Position numbers and translations under genes: made by a program. From the NCBI RefSeq assembly GCF_009914755.1, contig NC_060927.1: DNA of 64,000 nucleotides; one strand, given 5' to 3'. The DNA is from the human T2T-CHM13v2.0 reference genome, Homo sapiens. Below the pieces are notes generated by a model. That model was not told where the DNA came from. It made no database searches and saw nothing but the letters and a program-made list of their open reading frames with translations. Of this stretch, positions 1-16,626 are shown piece by piece (position 1 is the stretch's first letter; each line of letters opens with the position of its first letter).

Positions 1-454
1 CCCCTTGTCTTTCCCAGCCTGGACTCTGCAGGAGGACAGGGCCATATCTTCTCTTCTTTGTACTTTCCACTGTGCCAAGAACAGAGTTTTGCATATCATA
101 GAGACAAAATACATATTTGAGGATATACCTTATCATGGATCTAAATAATAAAATGTATTTATTTATGAAACTTGTACAAACAAGCTTTGGTGTTGTCCAC
201 CAATATTTACAGCCACAAGAAGGAGGAACCTACTAGGGTATTGTAAGAACAGATTCAAACTTGACTGACGACATCCACTTGCCCATTAAGATGGCCAAAC
301 CAACTGTAGGAAAGGACGTGTCAACAAAAGAGAATCTACTAGAAAAAAACATTGCATTCATGTTTCCAATATGGAGATTTTTCAATACAAGAGTACATTG
401 TTTATGTGATCCCAATCCTATAGAAAATACCTGTGTAAACATCTGTAGAATTTA

Positions 455-784
<330 letters not shown>

Positions 785-1569
785 TCAAACCTTGGCCAAG
801 GTGTAGTATGTCCTTTCTAGCCCACTTCACTGCTGCTCTTTGCTGCCCTTGGCTGCCCTCTCCTTATCCAGCCTCTTCTCTCCTCATGTCCTTCCTCATT
901 GCCCCGTTAAACTGAGGGAGATCAGAGAGGCTTTGTAGAACTCGCTTTGGAGTTATACACCTCGGTTCTACTGCTTTCTAACTCCTACTTACTAACTTCT
1001 TTGAGTTTCAATCCAATCCACAATCAAGGATAAAAAGAACTTTTCTCCAGGTTTATTGCAAAAGTTAAATGAAGTAATTAATTATTTGAACCTTCCTTGG
1101 TTCTTGGAATATGCTAGATCCACAGCAAAATTAATATGTGTCCCTCTCTAATGCACTTCTCCCCTGTCTTTTCTTGGACAGGTTTCTTTTCTGCTTAGAA
1201 TTTTCTGAAGGTGCCTTGCAATCTCTAGGATCAAATCTAAACTACCTAATAAACATTCAGGGCTTCTCATCAGTTGGCTTTATTTAGCTTGATGACAACA
1301 CTCTACTTGCTGACAAGTAGAATAGCTTCCCTGGCTGGCTTTCTAGGTGCAGAGTTAAAACATCTTCAAAGTCTTCTTTACGGAGACTTTTGCTAAAATG
1401 CATATGCTTTTCCCTTTATGGATTAATGTATCCGTTTTGCTATGTGTGACCTGACAGGGGCCAGGGCCCTCAGGTAGCAGAATAAATTCCAGTGCCATAG
1501 GAGCCAGATAGTTACTGAAATGAGTGAGAGAAATGGGGAGGGGTGAGGCCTGATGCAAACAGATGCTTT

Positions 1570-2580
1570 TATATATAGGTTTCCTATTGCTGCTGTAACA
1601 AAGTGCCACAGGCTTGGTGGCTTAAAACAACACGAATTTATTATCTCACCGTTCTGGAGGTTAAAAGTCCAATATGGGTCTCACTGTGCTAAAGTCAAAG
1701 TGCTCACAAACCAGTATTCCTTCTGGAAGCTTTTGGGGTAATTCTGTTTCCTTTCCTTTTCCAGCTTCTAGAAGTCACCCTCATTCCTTGGCTAGTGGCC
1801 CCACATCACATAACCCTCCTCCCTCTGCTTCCCTGGTCACATTTCTCTGACTCTCCTGCCTCCCGCTTTCCCTTATAAAGACCCTTTTGATTAATTGAGC
1901 CCATCTGGATAATCCAGGATAATGTCCCCCACCCACTCTCAAGATCTTTAACTTGATCATCTGCAAATCCCTTCAATCAGTTAGGTAACATAACAGTAGT
2001 CTCCCTTATCCATGGGTGATAAGTTCCATTATCCAGTGGATGCCTGAAACTACAGATAGTACCAAATCCTGTATATATGATGTTTCTTCCTATATATACA
2101 TACCTATGAAAAAGTTTTACATTAGGCACAGTAATAGATTAACAACAATAATAATAGTGTAGAACATTTATAGCACTATACCAGGAGCACTATTCTTGTG
2201 TTTGGGTGTCATTATTAAGTAAAATAAGGGTTACGAAACACAGGCATTGCAGTACCACAACCTGACTGTCTGATAACAGAGAAGGCTACTGAGTGACTAA
2301 TGGGTATGGAGCGTCTACAGTGTGGATCCACTGGACAAAGGGATTATTCACATCCCTGGTGGGATGGAGTGAGATGGTGAGATATTCCATCACACTGCTC
2401 AGAATAGCATGCAATTTAAAATGTATGAATTGCTTATTTCTGGAATTTTCTATTTAATATTTTTGGACCATAGTTGACCAGGGTAATGGAACCAGCAGAA
2501 AGCAAAACCAAGAATAAAGAGGGACTACTGTATTAATATGTTTCTGGGATTAGGATGTGGACATCATTCAGTCTATCAAA
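1570..2580. mobile_element. MaLR LTR (MLT1-like), split by a Tigger-type MITE
   Basis: typical 'ttcctattgctgctgtaacaaa..ggcttaaaacaacac..gataatccaggataat' motifs; resumes after 2530 with 'tgggattaggatgtggacatc'. Confidence 0.8.
1994..2530. mobile_element. TcMar-Tigger MITE (MER44/Tigger7-like)
   Basis: terminal inverted repeats cagtagtctcccttatcc ... aataaagagggactactg, followed by TA. Confidence 0.8.
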
Positions 2581-2789
2581 ACTTGTCTAATGAGGGTAGC
2601 TGCCTCTTATGTCAGCTAATTGAGGACATTCAAGAATATAGGCCCTGTGTAGCCAGATTTTCTGATTTTTTGATAAAAGCCAAAAATCTAGGTTTTTATG
2701 TGGAATTTCCTGAATACTTCTGACATTCACTGATTCAAATTTGTAAAAAGCAACACTGTAGGCTAATGCTGCAGATCTCATATGACAGG

Positions 2790-3543
<754 letters not shown>

Positions 3544-4179
3544 AAAGATCTGCTGCTCACATGGAGCCCTCAGACCTCCATCTTGAGATCTCTGCCAAAT
3601 GGAATGAGACACAGGATTGATGCATTTTGATAGTTGATGGGGGATTGGTAAAGTTCTGGATGGGGTGCTGATCACAATGTGCAACCCCGTCTCAGTGAGG
3701 TCCTTGAGAGGAATATATATACACCATCAAGCTCCCCTCACTCAGGAAATGGCACCAGCCCTTCCCTAGTGTGGCTAAGGTAATGTTTAGCTCTCATGCC
3801 AAGCCCACCTGTGTTGCAGAGTCCACTTCTGTGTAGGGCCTTGATTATTCCAGCTCAACCCTTAGTCTTTGACTGGGGAAGCCTGTGTATAGCTTCAGCT
3901 CTGATCCTCTGATCTCAACCGTGGCTACGTTTAAGAATTTCTTGCAGATATGGGTGGGTGGAGGGGGTTCTTCCTATGGCATAAGACTCTCCCAGATTTG
4001 AGTTGAGATGGAAGACAGGGAGGGGAGGGGTTTGCCTGTTTTTGCTGAAAGGGTCATTTCTTAAATGGATCCTCTATATCTGTGTAATCCCATTCAATGT
4101 CTCTTGCCCACAACAAAGAATCCCTAAGCAGGCTTCTAGCTCAACATTTCACGTCAGGTACTTAAAATCTATCATACAG

Positions 4180-4686
4180 GTTTTACTAGGCTCATATTGC
4201 TGCTGTAACAAATTACCATAAATTTAATAGCTTAAACACTACAGATTTATGATCTTACAGTTCTAGAAGTCAGAAGTCTGAAGTGGGTTTTAATGAGCTA
4301 AAATCAAGATGTCAGCAGGGCAGCTTCCCTTCTAGCAACGCGAGAGAAGAATCTGTTTCCTAGTCCTTACCAGTTTCTAAAGGCCCTGCCCACATTCCTT
4401 GGTTCATGGCTCTTCTCTTCCATCATCGAAGCGGATCCAAGCCCGCAAGGGCAGGGGGCACTCTTCTCCTATCACTTCTCTCTGACTTCCTCTTTTGCTT
4501 CCTCTTCCATATTAATGACCCTTGTGATTCCACCGGGCCCACCTGGGTCATCCAGGATCCTTCCCCTATTTTAAAGTCAGCTGACTAACAACCTTAATAT
4601 CCCTTTGCCATATAGTGTAATATATTTACAAGTTCCGGGTATAGAGTTTGGACTTCTTTAGGGGGACTAGTCCTCTGCCTATCACA
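4180..4686. mobile_element. MaLR LTR (MLT1-like)
   Basis: 'attgctgctgtaacaaattacc..cagttctagaagtcagaagtctgaa..gggcccacctgggtcatccagg' motifs. Confidence 0.75.
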
Positions 4687-5407
4687 CAAGTTAACAACAG
4701 ACCTTGTTTAACTCATTCAACAGACATGAGATCACATTTCCCTGCTCCATGCAATGAACAGTTGTATCACTTCATGGTTATCCTGCTAATTTCCCTCTGC
4801 TTTCACATTGTAGGTTTCTGATTTTTCGGAAAATCAGCTTTTATTTCTTTCTACACAGAAGAGTCTTAAAAATGTCTTCCATTTTCTACCATCACTGCAC
4901 CCTTCTTTGTCCCCTTTCCACCCTGGGGGTAGGGAAGAATCACTGCAGTGGAGGGCATTGTGTGGAAGGTGCTGATAGACAGGTGAAACAGGACCTTTTC
5001 AAGAAGCCAATTACTTGGAGTCAATGTGAATGGTCATTTTGGCAGCTTAGACAAGAACCTTATTTTATTTTATTTTTTCACCATTTTGTTTTTTATTCAT
5101 TAGATGAGACAGGATTGCTTGCCACAAAAGAAATACTGGTATATACTCTCTAATGGATTATTCTCTGGTCTTGATTAACCAAAGAAAAAGATGCATTCGT
5201 GAGTGGGTCTGTGTGTGATCTGGCCTCTTTCTAGGTTGTGAGGAGGAAGAGGCAGATCTTTTTTGTTCTCTCATTCTGCCCTTTCTTAGCCCTCAAAATG
5301 ACCTGGTTTTCTTAACAGGCATCATTAGAAATAGACTTTGTAAAAGGAAGAAGATCCCTGTAAGATCAGTCAACATAAAGGAATTATCTCAACACTTAAA
5401 CACTTAC

Positions 5408-5473
5408 ACATAGTAAGTGATCGTAGATGAATTTCTCAGCGGCTTCTTTCTCTAAAAATTCAAACAGCTGGAG
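5408..5473 (-). CDS. MINDY4B: MINDY4B coding exon 7 (LQLFEFLEKEAAEKFIYDHLLC)
   Basis: AG at 5475-5474; GTAAGT donor at 5407; 66 nt, phase 0/0, open frame joining exons 6 and 8. Confidence 0.92.
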
Positions 5474-5878
5474 CTATAAATCAGGAACAGAAGATAAAAA
5501 TGAAAAGGAAGATGAAAGTTACATCTAAGAGATGTCAACTCACTGTTATTACCACAAGTGGGTTTTTTGTTTCATTGCATAATCACATTACTAAAAACTG
5601 ACATACTATCTTATGCAAGGCCATGCAAAACATAAACAGTGCAACTGGGTAGCTACCAGCATCACTTCTACATTCCTCAGTTTAAAATCATGTAATATCT
5701 TGAGCAGTAAAACTAGAAAGAGATTTTTTCCTAATAGGTGAAATTTAGCTGTCTTTCGGACAGTGGATATGGAAATATCATTTATGATTATTTCAGATGG
5801 GAGATATTCTTGGTCCTGGTGAATTCCATAGCAGGAATTTAAAACAGGACTCTTTGTTGTGTCTGCTTGGATCACTTA

Positions 5879-6238
<360 letters not shown>

Positions 6239-6567
6239 CTAGCCACAGAGATGGGAAGTAATTTGCTCCTGGTCATTGACCTTCAAAGTCAGAGAGCAGC
6301 GATTTACACCCAGCTCACCTGGCTCCAAAGTTCCTGCCCTTGACTTTTATACTGCATTGAATACACTCAGGGTCTGTCTAGCCTTCCCAAGAAGTGGGAG
6401 CCAGTCTTTACACAGTGGGAGACCTTTACTCTGCTTATTTCCCAAACATTTAACATTGAGAACTATAGTCTTTATAAAGAAACACGCGATAAAGATTTAT
6501 TAATTAACTCAGCAATGATTTATACAATCCGTCTAGCTCTGTGGTGATACAGAAATGAGTAACAAAA

Positions 6568-7020
<453 letters not shown>

Positions 7021-7094
7021 TCACATTTATTTAATATTTGCCATAGGCCAAGTACAGTGCTGTGCTAAGTGCCTTACCTTTATGTGGCAAATAT

Positions 7095-7515
7095 ATGTGT
7101 TCCATTTGAATTCCCTGTGATCCATTTTACTTAGGAGATGGACTCATCCTCCAGCTACTTTGGATACCGTGGCTCCCATTTTTCTACTTTCTCTGAAGGA
7201 TTGAAGCCACCTTGCCCAGAAGTCACTGGGAGTTATGCCTCCTCCCTAAGGATGGCCCACAGCCAGTGCCTCATTGGAGCAAGAGGTACAGAAGCCCTGC
7301 TCCCTCATCTGAAGATGGGGCAGGCTCCGCAGTGCAATCCATGCACCCGAGCTCCCATGGCATCAGACTGACATTGCTGGAAGCCACAGTCTTCCTCAGC
7401 TTCTCCTTCCCTGTCCTGCTTCCCTCACTCCCTTATGGTTTTCTCCTGAGGGCACTCCCTTAATAAATCACTTGCGTCAAGAATCCACATCATGGGCTCT
7501 GCTTCTAGGGAAACT
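7095..7515 (+). mobile_element. ERVL LTR (LTR16-like)
   Basis: end motif 'ctcctgagggcactcccttaataaatcacttgc..aatcc..ggctctgcttctagggaa'. Confidence 0.65.
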
Positions 7516-7751
7516 GGCAGTTCACAATCTTAGAATATATTATATATTTAGTTCCTCTTTGGGGGTAATAACTTTACCTGCCTGAGGGCAGAAGTATTTA
7601 TATTTCCTCTAATATTTAGCACAGGGCTTTGCACATGATAGGGGTTTGTTAACTTCTAGGAATAAAGTAATTTGAATAAACTTGAGCTGATCTTTAAAAA
7701 TAGGCAAAAACCAAACATCATACCTTATCAGCCTGGTTAAATAGGAGGATT

Positions 7752-8054
<303 letters not shown>

Positions 8055-8411
8055 TCATTTATGGGGTTTTTATATCACCCCTTTGTTCCTCCCTAATTAT
8101 TAGGTTAGAGCTTTCCATCAAATATGGACAAGTAGGCCCACCTGAGACCTGCTGCTTAATTCTACCTGACAGAGTGGTCTGCAGTAGAGCATAAAACCTG
8201 TCAACATTATCCCTGCAAATGAACATTCAGAATGACTCCAGCAGAGCCCTTCCCAGTGGCAGAATCCAGCCTCTCTGGGACAGACAGGGCCATTTCTGTC
8301 TTAGGAGGTAGATTTCCTTTCTGAGACAACCTGAATTTTTCAGTTATGATTATTTAGCATATCAAGATTCTAGTGAAATGGGTAATTCAAGTACTTCTCA
8401 CAGTCCTCTTA

Positions 8412-8558
<147 letters not shown>

Positions 8559-8776
8559 CTATTCTTCTCTGCAGGCTTTTCCCTCCTGGTATCCCCCAGA
8601 GCTTTGTGAAGGGACACCATGCTATATTTGTGCCACTCCTCCCTGCAGCCGTGGCTGGTGCTGTGGCTGGGCTGGATTCTGCAATGCCTAGCATCTTTGT
8701 GGAGACCTGTGGACTGGTGACTGGGGATGTATGGCTTCCTCCATCTTGCCTTCACCATGTCCCTGCTTCATAGTAG

Positions 8777-9079
8777 TTTTTTTTTGGGGGGGGGGGTGGG
8801 GTGCAGTCTTGCTCTGTCTCCCAGGCTGGAGTGCAGTGGCCTGCCCTCATCTCACTGCAACTTCCACCCCCTGGGTTCAAGCAATTCTCCTACCTTAGCC
8901 TCCCGAGTAGCTAGGATTACAGGTGTGCACCACCATACCCAGCTAATTTTTGTATTTTTAGAGGAGACAGGGTTTCACCATGTTGGCCAGGCTGATCTTG
9001 AACTCCTGACTTCAGGTGATCCACCTGCCTCAGCCTCCCAAACAGCTGGGATTACAGGTGTGAGCCACTGCACCCAGCC
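8777..9079 (-). mobile_element. Alu (AluS-like), with a G-run next to the tail
   Basis: reverse-complement Alu dimer; poly(T) 8777-8785 then G11. Confidence 0.95.
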
Positions 9080-9259
9080 CATATCAGATTTTTAGATTTG
9101 TTACAAAGTAATTTTAAATAGTCTGTTATCATTTAAGGTTAAACTTTACATTATAAATATATTTCTACACATGATTATAATGAAGACATGCATTTACATG
9201 GATGTGGACAGGAAGGATATATGGATAAGGAACATGGGAATAAGGTTTTTTAAAAATTA

Positions 9260-9418
<159 letters not shown>

Positions 9419-10430
9419 TCAACAAAAGAGAATTCTTCCTAGACATATTCCTCATGGTGGCCTCATGGCCACCTCAAGGAGGTGGGCCTCGTTCCCTTCT
9501 ACATTCAGGTTTACATATTACTCTAGTCCCTGATTTTAATTGTCTGAACTCCTGAGCAGAAGATGTCTAGACAACGTTTGTCCCTCGTGTCTCTCCTTCC
9601 TTTGCCAGGCATCTACTTTGCAGTTCACCGTGGCTGCTCTGTGTCTACAGCTCTTGCCCCATACCCATGACTTGTAACCCCTGCCTCTCCCATCTTTGAG
9701 CTTTTGTCTCTCACTCCAGAAAAAAGGAACAGTCAGGATCTCATGTTTCCAGCCTGGTACAGTAGCGATTTAAACAAGCATTCTCTCTGTCCCAGGGTCT
9801 TTGAGGTTTTCCTATACTCTGCAGCACGTTGAGATTCAAGAGGATGTTTTACAGCTTCCCAGAAAAATGGGAACAAGACTTTTTATAAACCAAATGTATG
9901 AAAAAAAGGGAATCTATTCAAAATCAAAGACTGATTGATCATTTAGCATGTACTCGATCTTGTGTGGGATATAGTTATGTAAAAAGTCTAACACCCCACA
10001 GCTATGTACAAGACAGAACATGTGACTTTCCATAAGATAAGTAAAAAGTACTATGAGAAAACAGAGGGAGGAGAGAGAACTTCTGACTGAAGTACTCAGG
10101 AAGGCTTCATGGAAGAACTGGCATTTGAATGAGGCTGGTCAATGGCATCTAGCATTTACTGAGCATTTTCTATGAACCAGGCTCTGGGATAAGTGCTTCC
10201 CATTTATTCCCTTCATTTAATTTTATGCAGTTGGTGCTATTATCCAGCTTTTATCCAGATGAGGGAACCGAGACCCAAATAAGTTAGAGTATTTGCCTTT
10301 GTTCACCCAGTTAGTAGACACAGCTGGGTTTTTACCCATTCTCTTAACACCTGCCCTACTTTAATCATGTAAGTATCATCCTTATGATTTCTATCATTTT
10401 TGTATACCAACCATTATCTAATTAATACTT

Positions 10431-11886
10431 CAGGAGGCTGAAGATAGGGCCCCAATCTGTTCTAGCTTGTAGGATTTCTGCTGAGAAATCTGCTGTTAAT
10501 ATGATAGGTTTTCCTTCATAGGTTACCTGGTGCTTTGGTCTCACAGCTCTTTTTTTTGTTTTGTTTTGTTTTGAGACAGAGTCTCGCTCTGCTGCCCAGG
10601 CTGGAGTACGCTGTCACGATCTTGGCTCACTGCAACCTCAGCCTCTGGGTTCAAGTGATTCTCCTGCCTCAGTCTCCTGAGTAGCTGGGATTATAGGTGT
10701 GTGCCACAACACCTGGCTCATTTTTGTGTTTTTAGTAGAGACAGGGTTTCACCCTGTTGGCCAGCCTGTTCTTGAACTACTGACCTCAGGTGATCTGCCG
10801 GTCTTGGCCTCCCAAAGTGCTGGGATTACAGGCATGAGCCACCACACCTGGCCTTGTCTCACAGCTCTTAAGATTCTTTCCTTCATCTTAACTTTAGATA
10901 ACCTGATGACAGTGTTCCTAGGTGATGATTTTTTTGCAATGAATTTCCCAGGTGTTTGTGCTTCTTGTATTTTGATGTCTAGGTCTCTTGCAAGGCTGGG
11001 GAAGTTTTCCTCTATTATTCCCCCAAATATGTTTTCCAAACTTTTAGATTCCTCTTCTTTCTGATTATTCTTAGAATAATAGAAGAATGCTGATTATTCT
11101 TAGGCTTGGTCATTTAACATAATCCCAGACTTCTTGGAGGCTTTGTTCATATTTTCGGATTCTTTTTTCTTTGTCTTTGTTGAATTGGGTTAATTTGAAG
11201 ACCTTGTCTTCGAGCTCCAAATTTCCTTCTTCTACTTGTTCAATTCTGTTGCTGAGACTTTCCAGAGCATTTTGCATTTCTAGAAGTGTGTCCACTGTTT
11301 CTTGAAGTTTTGATTGTTTTTTATTTATGTTATCTTTTTCCTTGAATATTTCTCCCTTCACTTCTTATATCCTTTTTTGGATTTCCTTACATTGGGCTTC
11401 ACCTTTCCCTGGTGCCTCCCTGATTAGCTTAATAACCAACGTCCTGAATCCTTTTTCAGGTAAATCAGGGATTTATTCTCAGTTTGGGTCCATTGCTGGT
11501 GAGCTAGTGTAACTTTCTGGTGGGGGAAGGGGGGCATTAAAAAACCTTGTTTTGCCATATTACCAGAGTTGGTTTTCTTGTTCTTTCTCATTTGGGTAGG
11601 CTCTGTCAGAAGGAAAGTCTAGGGCTGAAGGCTGTTGTTCAGATTCTTTTGTCCCACGGGGCGTTCCCTTGATATAGTACTCTCCCCTTTTCCTATGGAT
11701 GTGGCTTCCTGAGAGCTGCAGTGATTGTTATCTCTCTTCTGGATCTAGCCACCTAGCAAGCCTACCAGGCTCCTGGCCAGTACTGAGGGTTGCCTGCACA
11801 AAAGTCCTGTGATGTGAACCGTCTGTGAGTGTCTCAGCCATGGATACCAGCACCTGTTCTGGTGGAGGTGGCAGGGGGGTGAAATC
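10431..11886 (-). mobile_element. L1 fragment (5'UTR/ORF1 part of an old L1PB/L1MA-like element)
   Basis: ORF1p-like peptides in ORFs 10749..11039 and 11110..11361; flanked by 16-bp direct repeat tatctaattaatactt. Confidence 0.9.
10552..10853 (-). mobile_element. Alu inserted into the L1 fragment
   Basis: TSD gtctcacagctctt at 10538-10551 and 10856-10869. Confidence 0.96.
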
Positions 11887-12407
11887 TATCTAATTAATAC
11901 TTTTCACCAGCTTGGGACACATTTTGTAACTTGGAATCTATTTATTTAAGAAGGACACTTTACATAACTTCCTTCAATGGAAATCAAAATCATTTGCCAC
12001 ACATGATAAAAATATAATGAAAATGAAACAATGCTACAAATTACAGCTAGAAACTGCTGCCTGTGAAAGCTCTGACTGGGCCTTAAAAGGGAGGTAAGAA
12101 GTATTAAAGAGGTGTGAATGTGTACTGCCCTTTACTGTACTGTCCTTTTCTCTGACCTGTCAGAGTGGACAAGGGGATCACTTTCTCACTAGGTAACTCA
12201 AGGATATGTAACACGTTACTTAATGCCATATCCCTAGAAGCACCCCTTGCTCCAGCACAGACACACATCTCACACTCTGGAACATGCCACACACCAGCCT
12301 GTTACCTGTAACAGAGGGGAGACTAGACAGAGAGAAAGATCTACAAACATGCACACATCAGTACCTGGGGTGTCCCTAGATGAGGAGTAAGTGTTCAATG
12401 TGACTGG

Positions 12408-12410
<3 letters not shown>

Positions 12411-12455
<45 letters not shown>
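12411..12455. repeat. (TG)n microsatellite, about 22 units
   Basis: perfect dinucleotide run. Confidence 0.98.
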
Positions 12456-12457
<2 letters not shown>

Positions 12458-13089
12458 GCCAAGGGGTAGGAAGAAGAGTAGAAGCTCAGATTGCAAAGTA
12501 CCCTGGGCCTGATCCTGGATAACTTTGAATATCATATTCAGGCACTTGCAGCCAGTCAAAGAGTGTGGACAAACGGAGCGTGGAGCTCAATGGGCCCAGA
12601 GCTGAGGTGCCTCTTCCCAGCTGTGCATGGAGCAGGCCCTGAGAGTAGGCTCTACTGGTTTCTAAAAAGGAAAGACGTGGGAGAAGCATGCATCTGTAAT
12701 GTTCTTCCTATGTTGGCCCAGGGGCCGGTTTAAGGTTAGAATTTATTTCCCGGCCATCTCTACTTCCACCCTCAAAAGAAAAGGTTGTCTCTACTGAGAA
12801 AAGGGGGCAGGTGCACTTCAGGGTGAGCAAGGACCCACTTGAAGAAAAACTATGTGTTCTCTGTCTCAATGCAATAGCACTTCAAGGAGAGGCAGCGAAC
12901 AGGCACAGAGGCTGCTCTGGAAGACACAGACTTGGTGTGTGCTATGGTCAAAGAGAGCCCTAGACCCAGAACATCCCCAGGACAGGCATTGAAAACTAAT
13001 GGAAAATGTTTCCCTGACATTGAGATTGCACAGCACAGAAAGACTGCTCCCAACTCAAGGGCAAAGAAGCCCCAGTTCTGCTCCTTACC

Positions 13090-13250
13090 AACCATGTGAA
13101 CTTGGACAAATTACTGAACCTCTCTAAGACTTAATTTACTTATCCAGAAATGGGGTAACCCCTGCTTGGTCCACATCCTGGCTATTGTTGAAAGAGAAGC
13201 ATGGCAAAGGGCTTTGGGAACCATAAGTGCTAAGTAAATGTAGGGTGTTA
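13090..13250. mobile_element. MIR fragment
   Basis: 'tgtgaacttggacaaattactgaacctctctaagac..aaatggggtaa' MIR core. Confidence 0.65.
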
Positions 13251-14371
13251 TTACCTTTGTGAAAACACAGCCTGTCTATGCAGGAACATCTTGTGCCGTA
13301 TGGAAGAAAGTCCCAACACAGATGGAAAAAGACCAGAGACTGGCAGCAATAAGAGAGGAAAAGCTGTGTATAAATGTGGAAGATTAAGACCGTTGAGACT
13401 AAGAAGGCTTAGAATTTAAATTCAATTTTAAAAGTTCTGCAAGCCAAACCACACTCTTATTTCTGTTGCCAGTTCCCACCTCCAACTTAGAAGCTTCTCT
13501 CTCCAGCTGTCCCTCTGAGGAGGTCTAAAAACAGAGGGGCTGCAGTTCTCTCTGGCCAGGCCCCGTTGGCCAGTGTGACAAAGATGACCCAACTTACTTG
13601 TGTAACATTTACTTTCCAATATCAGATATTATTTATAATGAGATTAACCTGACACATAATTACATGTGCTGTTGTGCTGTCTAGTAACTAGAAACAGATG
13701 GTAAATGGTCCTCATAAGTGGCTGCCATGATTATTATTAACATAATCAAGCATGGTTTATAGTTTTTCTCTTTGTGCTTTGCTAGTATTCTATATTTGTG
13801 AAGAATTCCTTTCTTTCCTGGCACTTTGTTCCATTTGATTGCTATGATGACAGTGATGGTGATCATCATTTAGACACACACATTTTATACACACATTCAA
13901 AGATAGAGGCCCTGAATCATTCTTTCCAACAGGGTTAATGTTCTTACCCTGACTGCCTTGTACTTTGTCCCGGGTTTAGAGCTTCCCTGTGACCACCTGC
14001 CCACCCCTAACTTGAGGTAGACTAATCCTCTTTAAAGCTCCTTCCCTAAATCTCTTCTTGCCTTATGAATTACTAGACCATCATGGAATCAGAGATTCCA
14101 AGATGTTCTAAGAAGACATTTCTATCCTAGACCAACTAACAGAGTAGTAGACTCTTGGTTCTATCATGTTTGCCATCAATTTCTTAGCATCTGGCATAGT
14201 GCCTGGTATGTAGTAGGCTCAAAATAGGTATCTGTTGAAGTTTTAAAGTTCTAATTTGGCTCTTTCATTTTACAGTGAAAGGACTAGAGGCCTAGGTCAG
14301 CTAAATGGCACATGTAAGGTCATGTATATAGTAAATGGCAGTGCCAGGACCCAAATGCAAGCCTTTCAACT

Positions 14372-14825
14372 TGTACCAGCCAGCGTCCCAGCAGGAAACA
14401 GATGGCATTCTCAAGTCAGATAATTAATTTGAGGAACATTTAAGACAGAGACTATTTATAAAGATGTGGGCTCGGTGTGGGGACACCACAATGGCTAATG
14501 CAGTGTCCCAGCAACAGTGGGAAGTCATTATGACCCCTAGACCTGAAGGAGCACACAAAGGAATGGTGACTTGAACCAGAAAGGAGAGAGTCCTGGGGAG
14601 AGGACTGCCATGAGAGGAGAGGGACTCAGCTAGCCACGAGCAACCTGACTTCACTTCCCTTCCCTCCCTTCAGTTTCCTTTCAGGGCTCCCCATTGCTCA
14701 AACTCAACAGGAAGCCAGAGGAGGGGGGCACCCTGCTGATGGAGGTCAGTCTTGCTACAGGTCAGCCTCTCTACTGGGCAGAGGGTAGGTCGGAGAAGAG
14801 TGGACCATGCATCTGGAGGGGCACA
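14372..14825. mobile_element. ERVL-type LTR (LTR33-like)
   Basis: 'tgtaccagccagcgtcccagcaggaaacagatggc..gactatttataaagatgtggg' motif. Confidence 0.55.
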
Positions 14826-16590
14826 CAAAGGACACCCCTACTCTAGTCTGAGGTGCGCTAGAGGATTATCCAGAGGCACTGAATTCATTAACTCACACCT
14901 GTCGAGACCCATCTATGAGCTAGACCTTATGGGGGGACACCCGGCTGTGCTTCCTTCCAAAAAGCACACCCTGCCTATTATCCCATTTCAGAGCTTCATT
15001 CATTTGAGTCTCTCCAGAATATTTTGGTCTCTTGGTATTACATTTTTACTATGATTCTTCTGGATGATATTGCAGCTACAGAAATGTGTTCAAGGCTGAG
15101 TCCAGAAAAGGGCCTGGGAGTGGGAGAAGGTGGGAAACTGCCACTGGAGAGAAGGAAGGTCATTAGGTGGGGCTGGTGGAATAGCCTGGAGGCGATGCTC
15201 ACCTTTCCCACGATTTCACCTGAGCCAGCAGCCTTGGCCAGAGTTTGTTCCAACACATATGTTCAAAGATGTCAGGCTGGAGGAAGGAAGAAAGCTGTAG
15301 TATTGGAAAGAGGACAGCAAAAGGTGAGAAACAGGAGAGCTAAGGAAAGCAAAGGTGCGTAGGGTGCTTTACCCAACCTCCACTTTCAGAGAAGATTCCC
15401 AGCAAAGAGACAGTGTGTGCCAATGTCAGGAAATGCCATGCATCCGTAATCCAAACAGAGAAGAGAAAAGAATAGCAGAATGACAACAAAAGGATTTCTG
15501 GAGTGGTATTAGGATTCAATAGCTCTGACAATTTGCCAGGTGGCTGCACTGCTGAAACATCGATTAGAATTGGTCAAGCTTCCAAACTGCCTCCCTAGAA
15601 CAAGCATATTTAGAATCCCAAGCTTGTCATCCTGAATTCCCAGGATGTGTTTAATTAATGCTACTGCTATTTAAAGGACTCATGATCATCTGGCCCATAT
15701 AATGGGAATAAATCCAAATTTATTTTTTTTTAAAGAAAAATCAATTATCTCTATTTCTGGGACTTTCTTAACACCCTATCAACTTCATTTCTAAATCTTT
15801 TGTCTCCTAGCTTTTTCCAAAGGGAGAACATTACCTTGGCATAGTCATGGGGCGGTCCCCAGTTGCTTCATGTTTGTGTTTGTAGATAAGTGGGAATATT
15901 CAGACTCAGAGTTTCTCGCCTCCCCAGTACAGAGAAAGACTAGAAGATTTTGCAAATGTCTGTGAATGCTTTTTCTATTTTTAAAATTTGTGTGTGTGTT
16001 TAAAAAATAGTATATTCATGTGGTTCAAAATCCAGAGAGACAAAAAGGTATGTGGTGAAGACTCCCTGCCATCCACGTCTCCCTTGTACCCACTGTTGTG
16101 TTTTAGGAAGCCTTCTGGAATTACTTCTTTTACAGGCAAGTATCAATATAGAATCATAATTGTCTCTCATTTTCACATAAAAGGTAGCCTATTTTTCAGA
16201 TACGTGTAAATTTTAAAATGACATTCTCTAAAGAAATTCATTGCAGAAGCCAAGAATACATTTTTATTAAAGTTTTTCATTAAAAACATTTCCTTGTCAA
16301 GTAAAATGCAGATAGTTGCTCTAACTTCTGGTCTATACCACAGTGTAGGCAGCAGAATCACTGAGGGCTGGGGGCCCTGGCAAGGATTACATATTATCTA
16401 TCTTCGTTGCTTGAAAGGACAGCGATTAAGTATCTATATAAGATACAAGTTAAGGCTCCATCCAGAGGCTTGAAGGCCAGTGAGCTGAGTGCAGTGTTCC
16501 GGGAGCTCTGCATACCTGCCCATCTTCCTGTGGCTTCAGGCATCTGAGCAAAAAGAGGAAAGCAAGGTGGATTGAGGCAGATAGATTTTC

Positions 16591-16626
<36 letters not shown>

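Noticed and set aside
8786-8801. G11-T-G4 run, and a C-rich G-quadruplex-like tract at 40280-40307
   Set aside because: Short and common motifs, the first arising from Alu tail decay; no evidence of function
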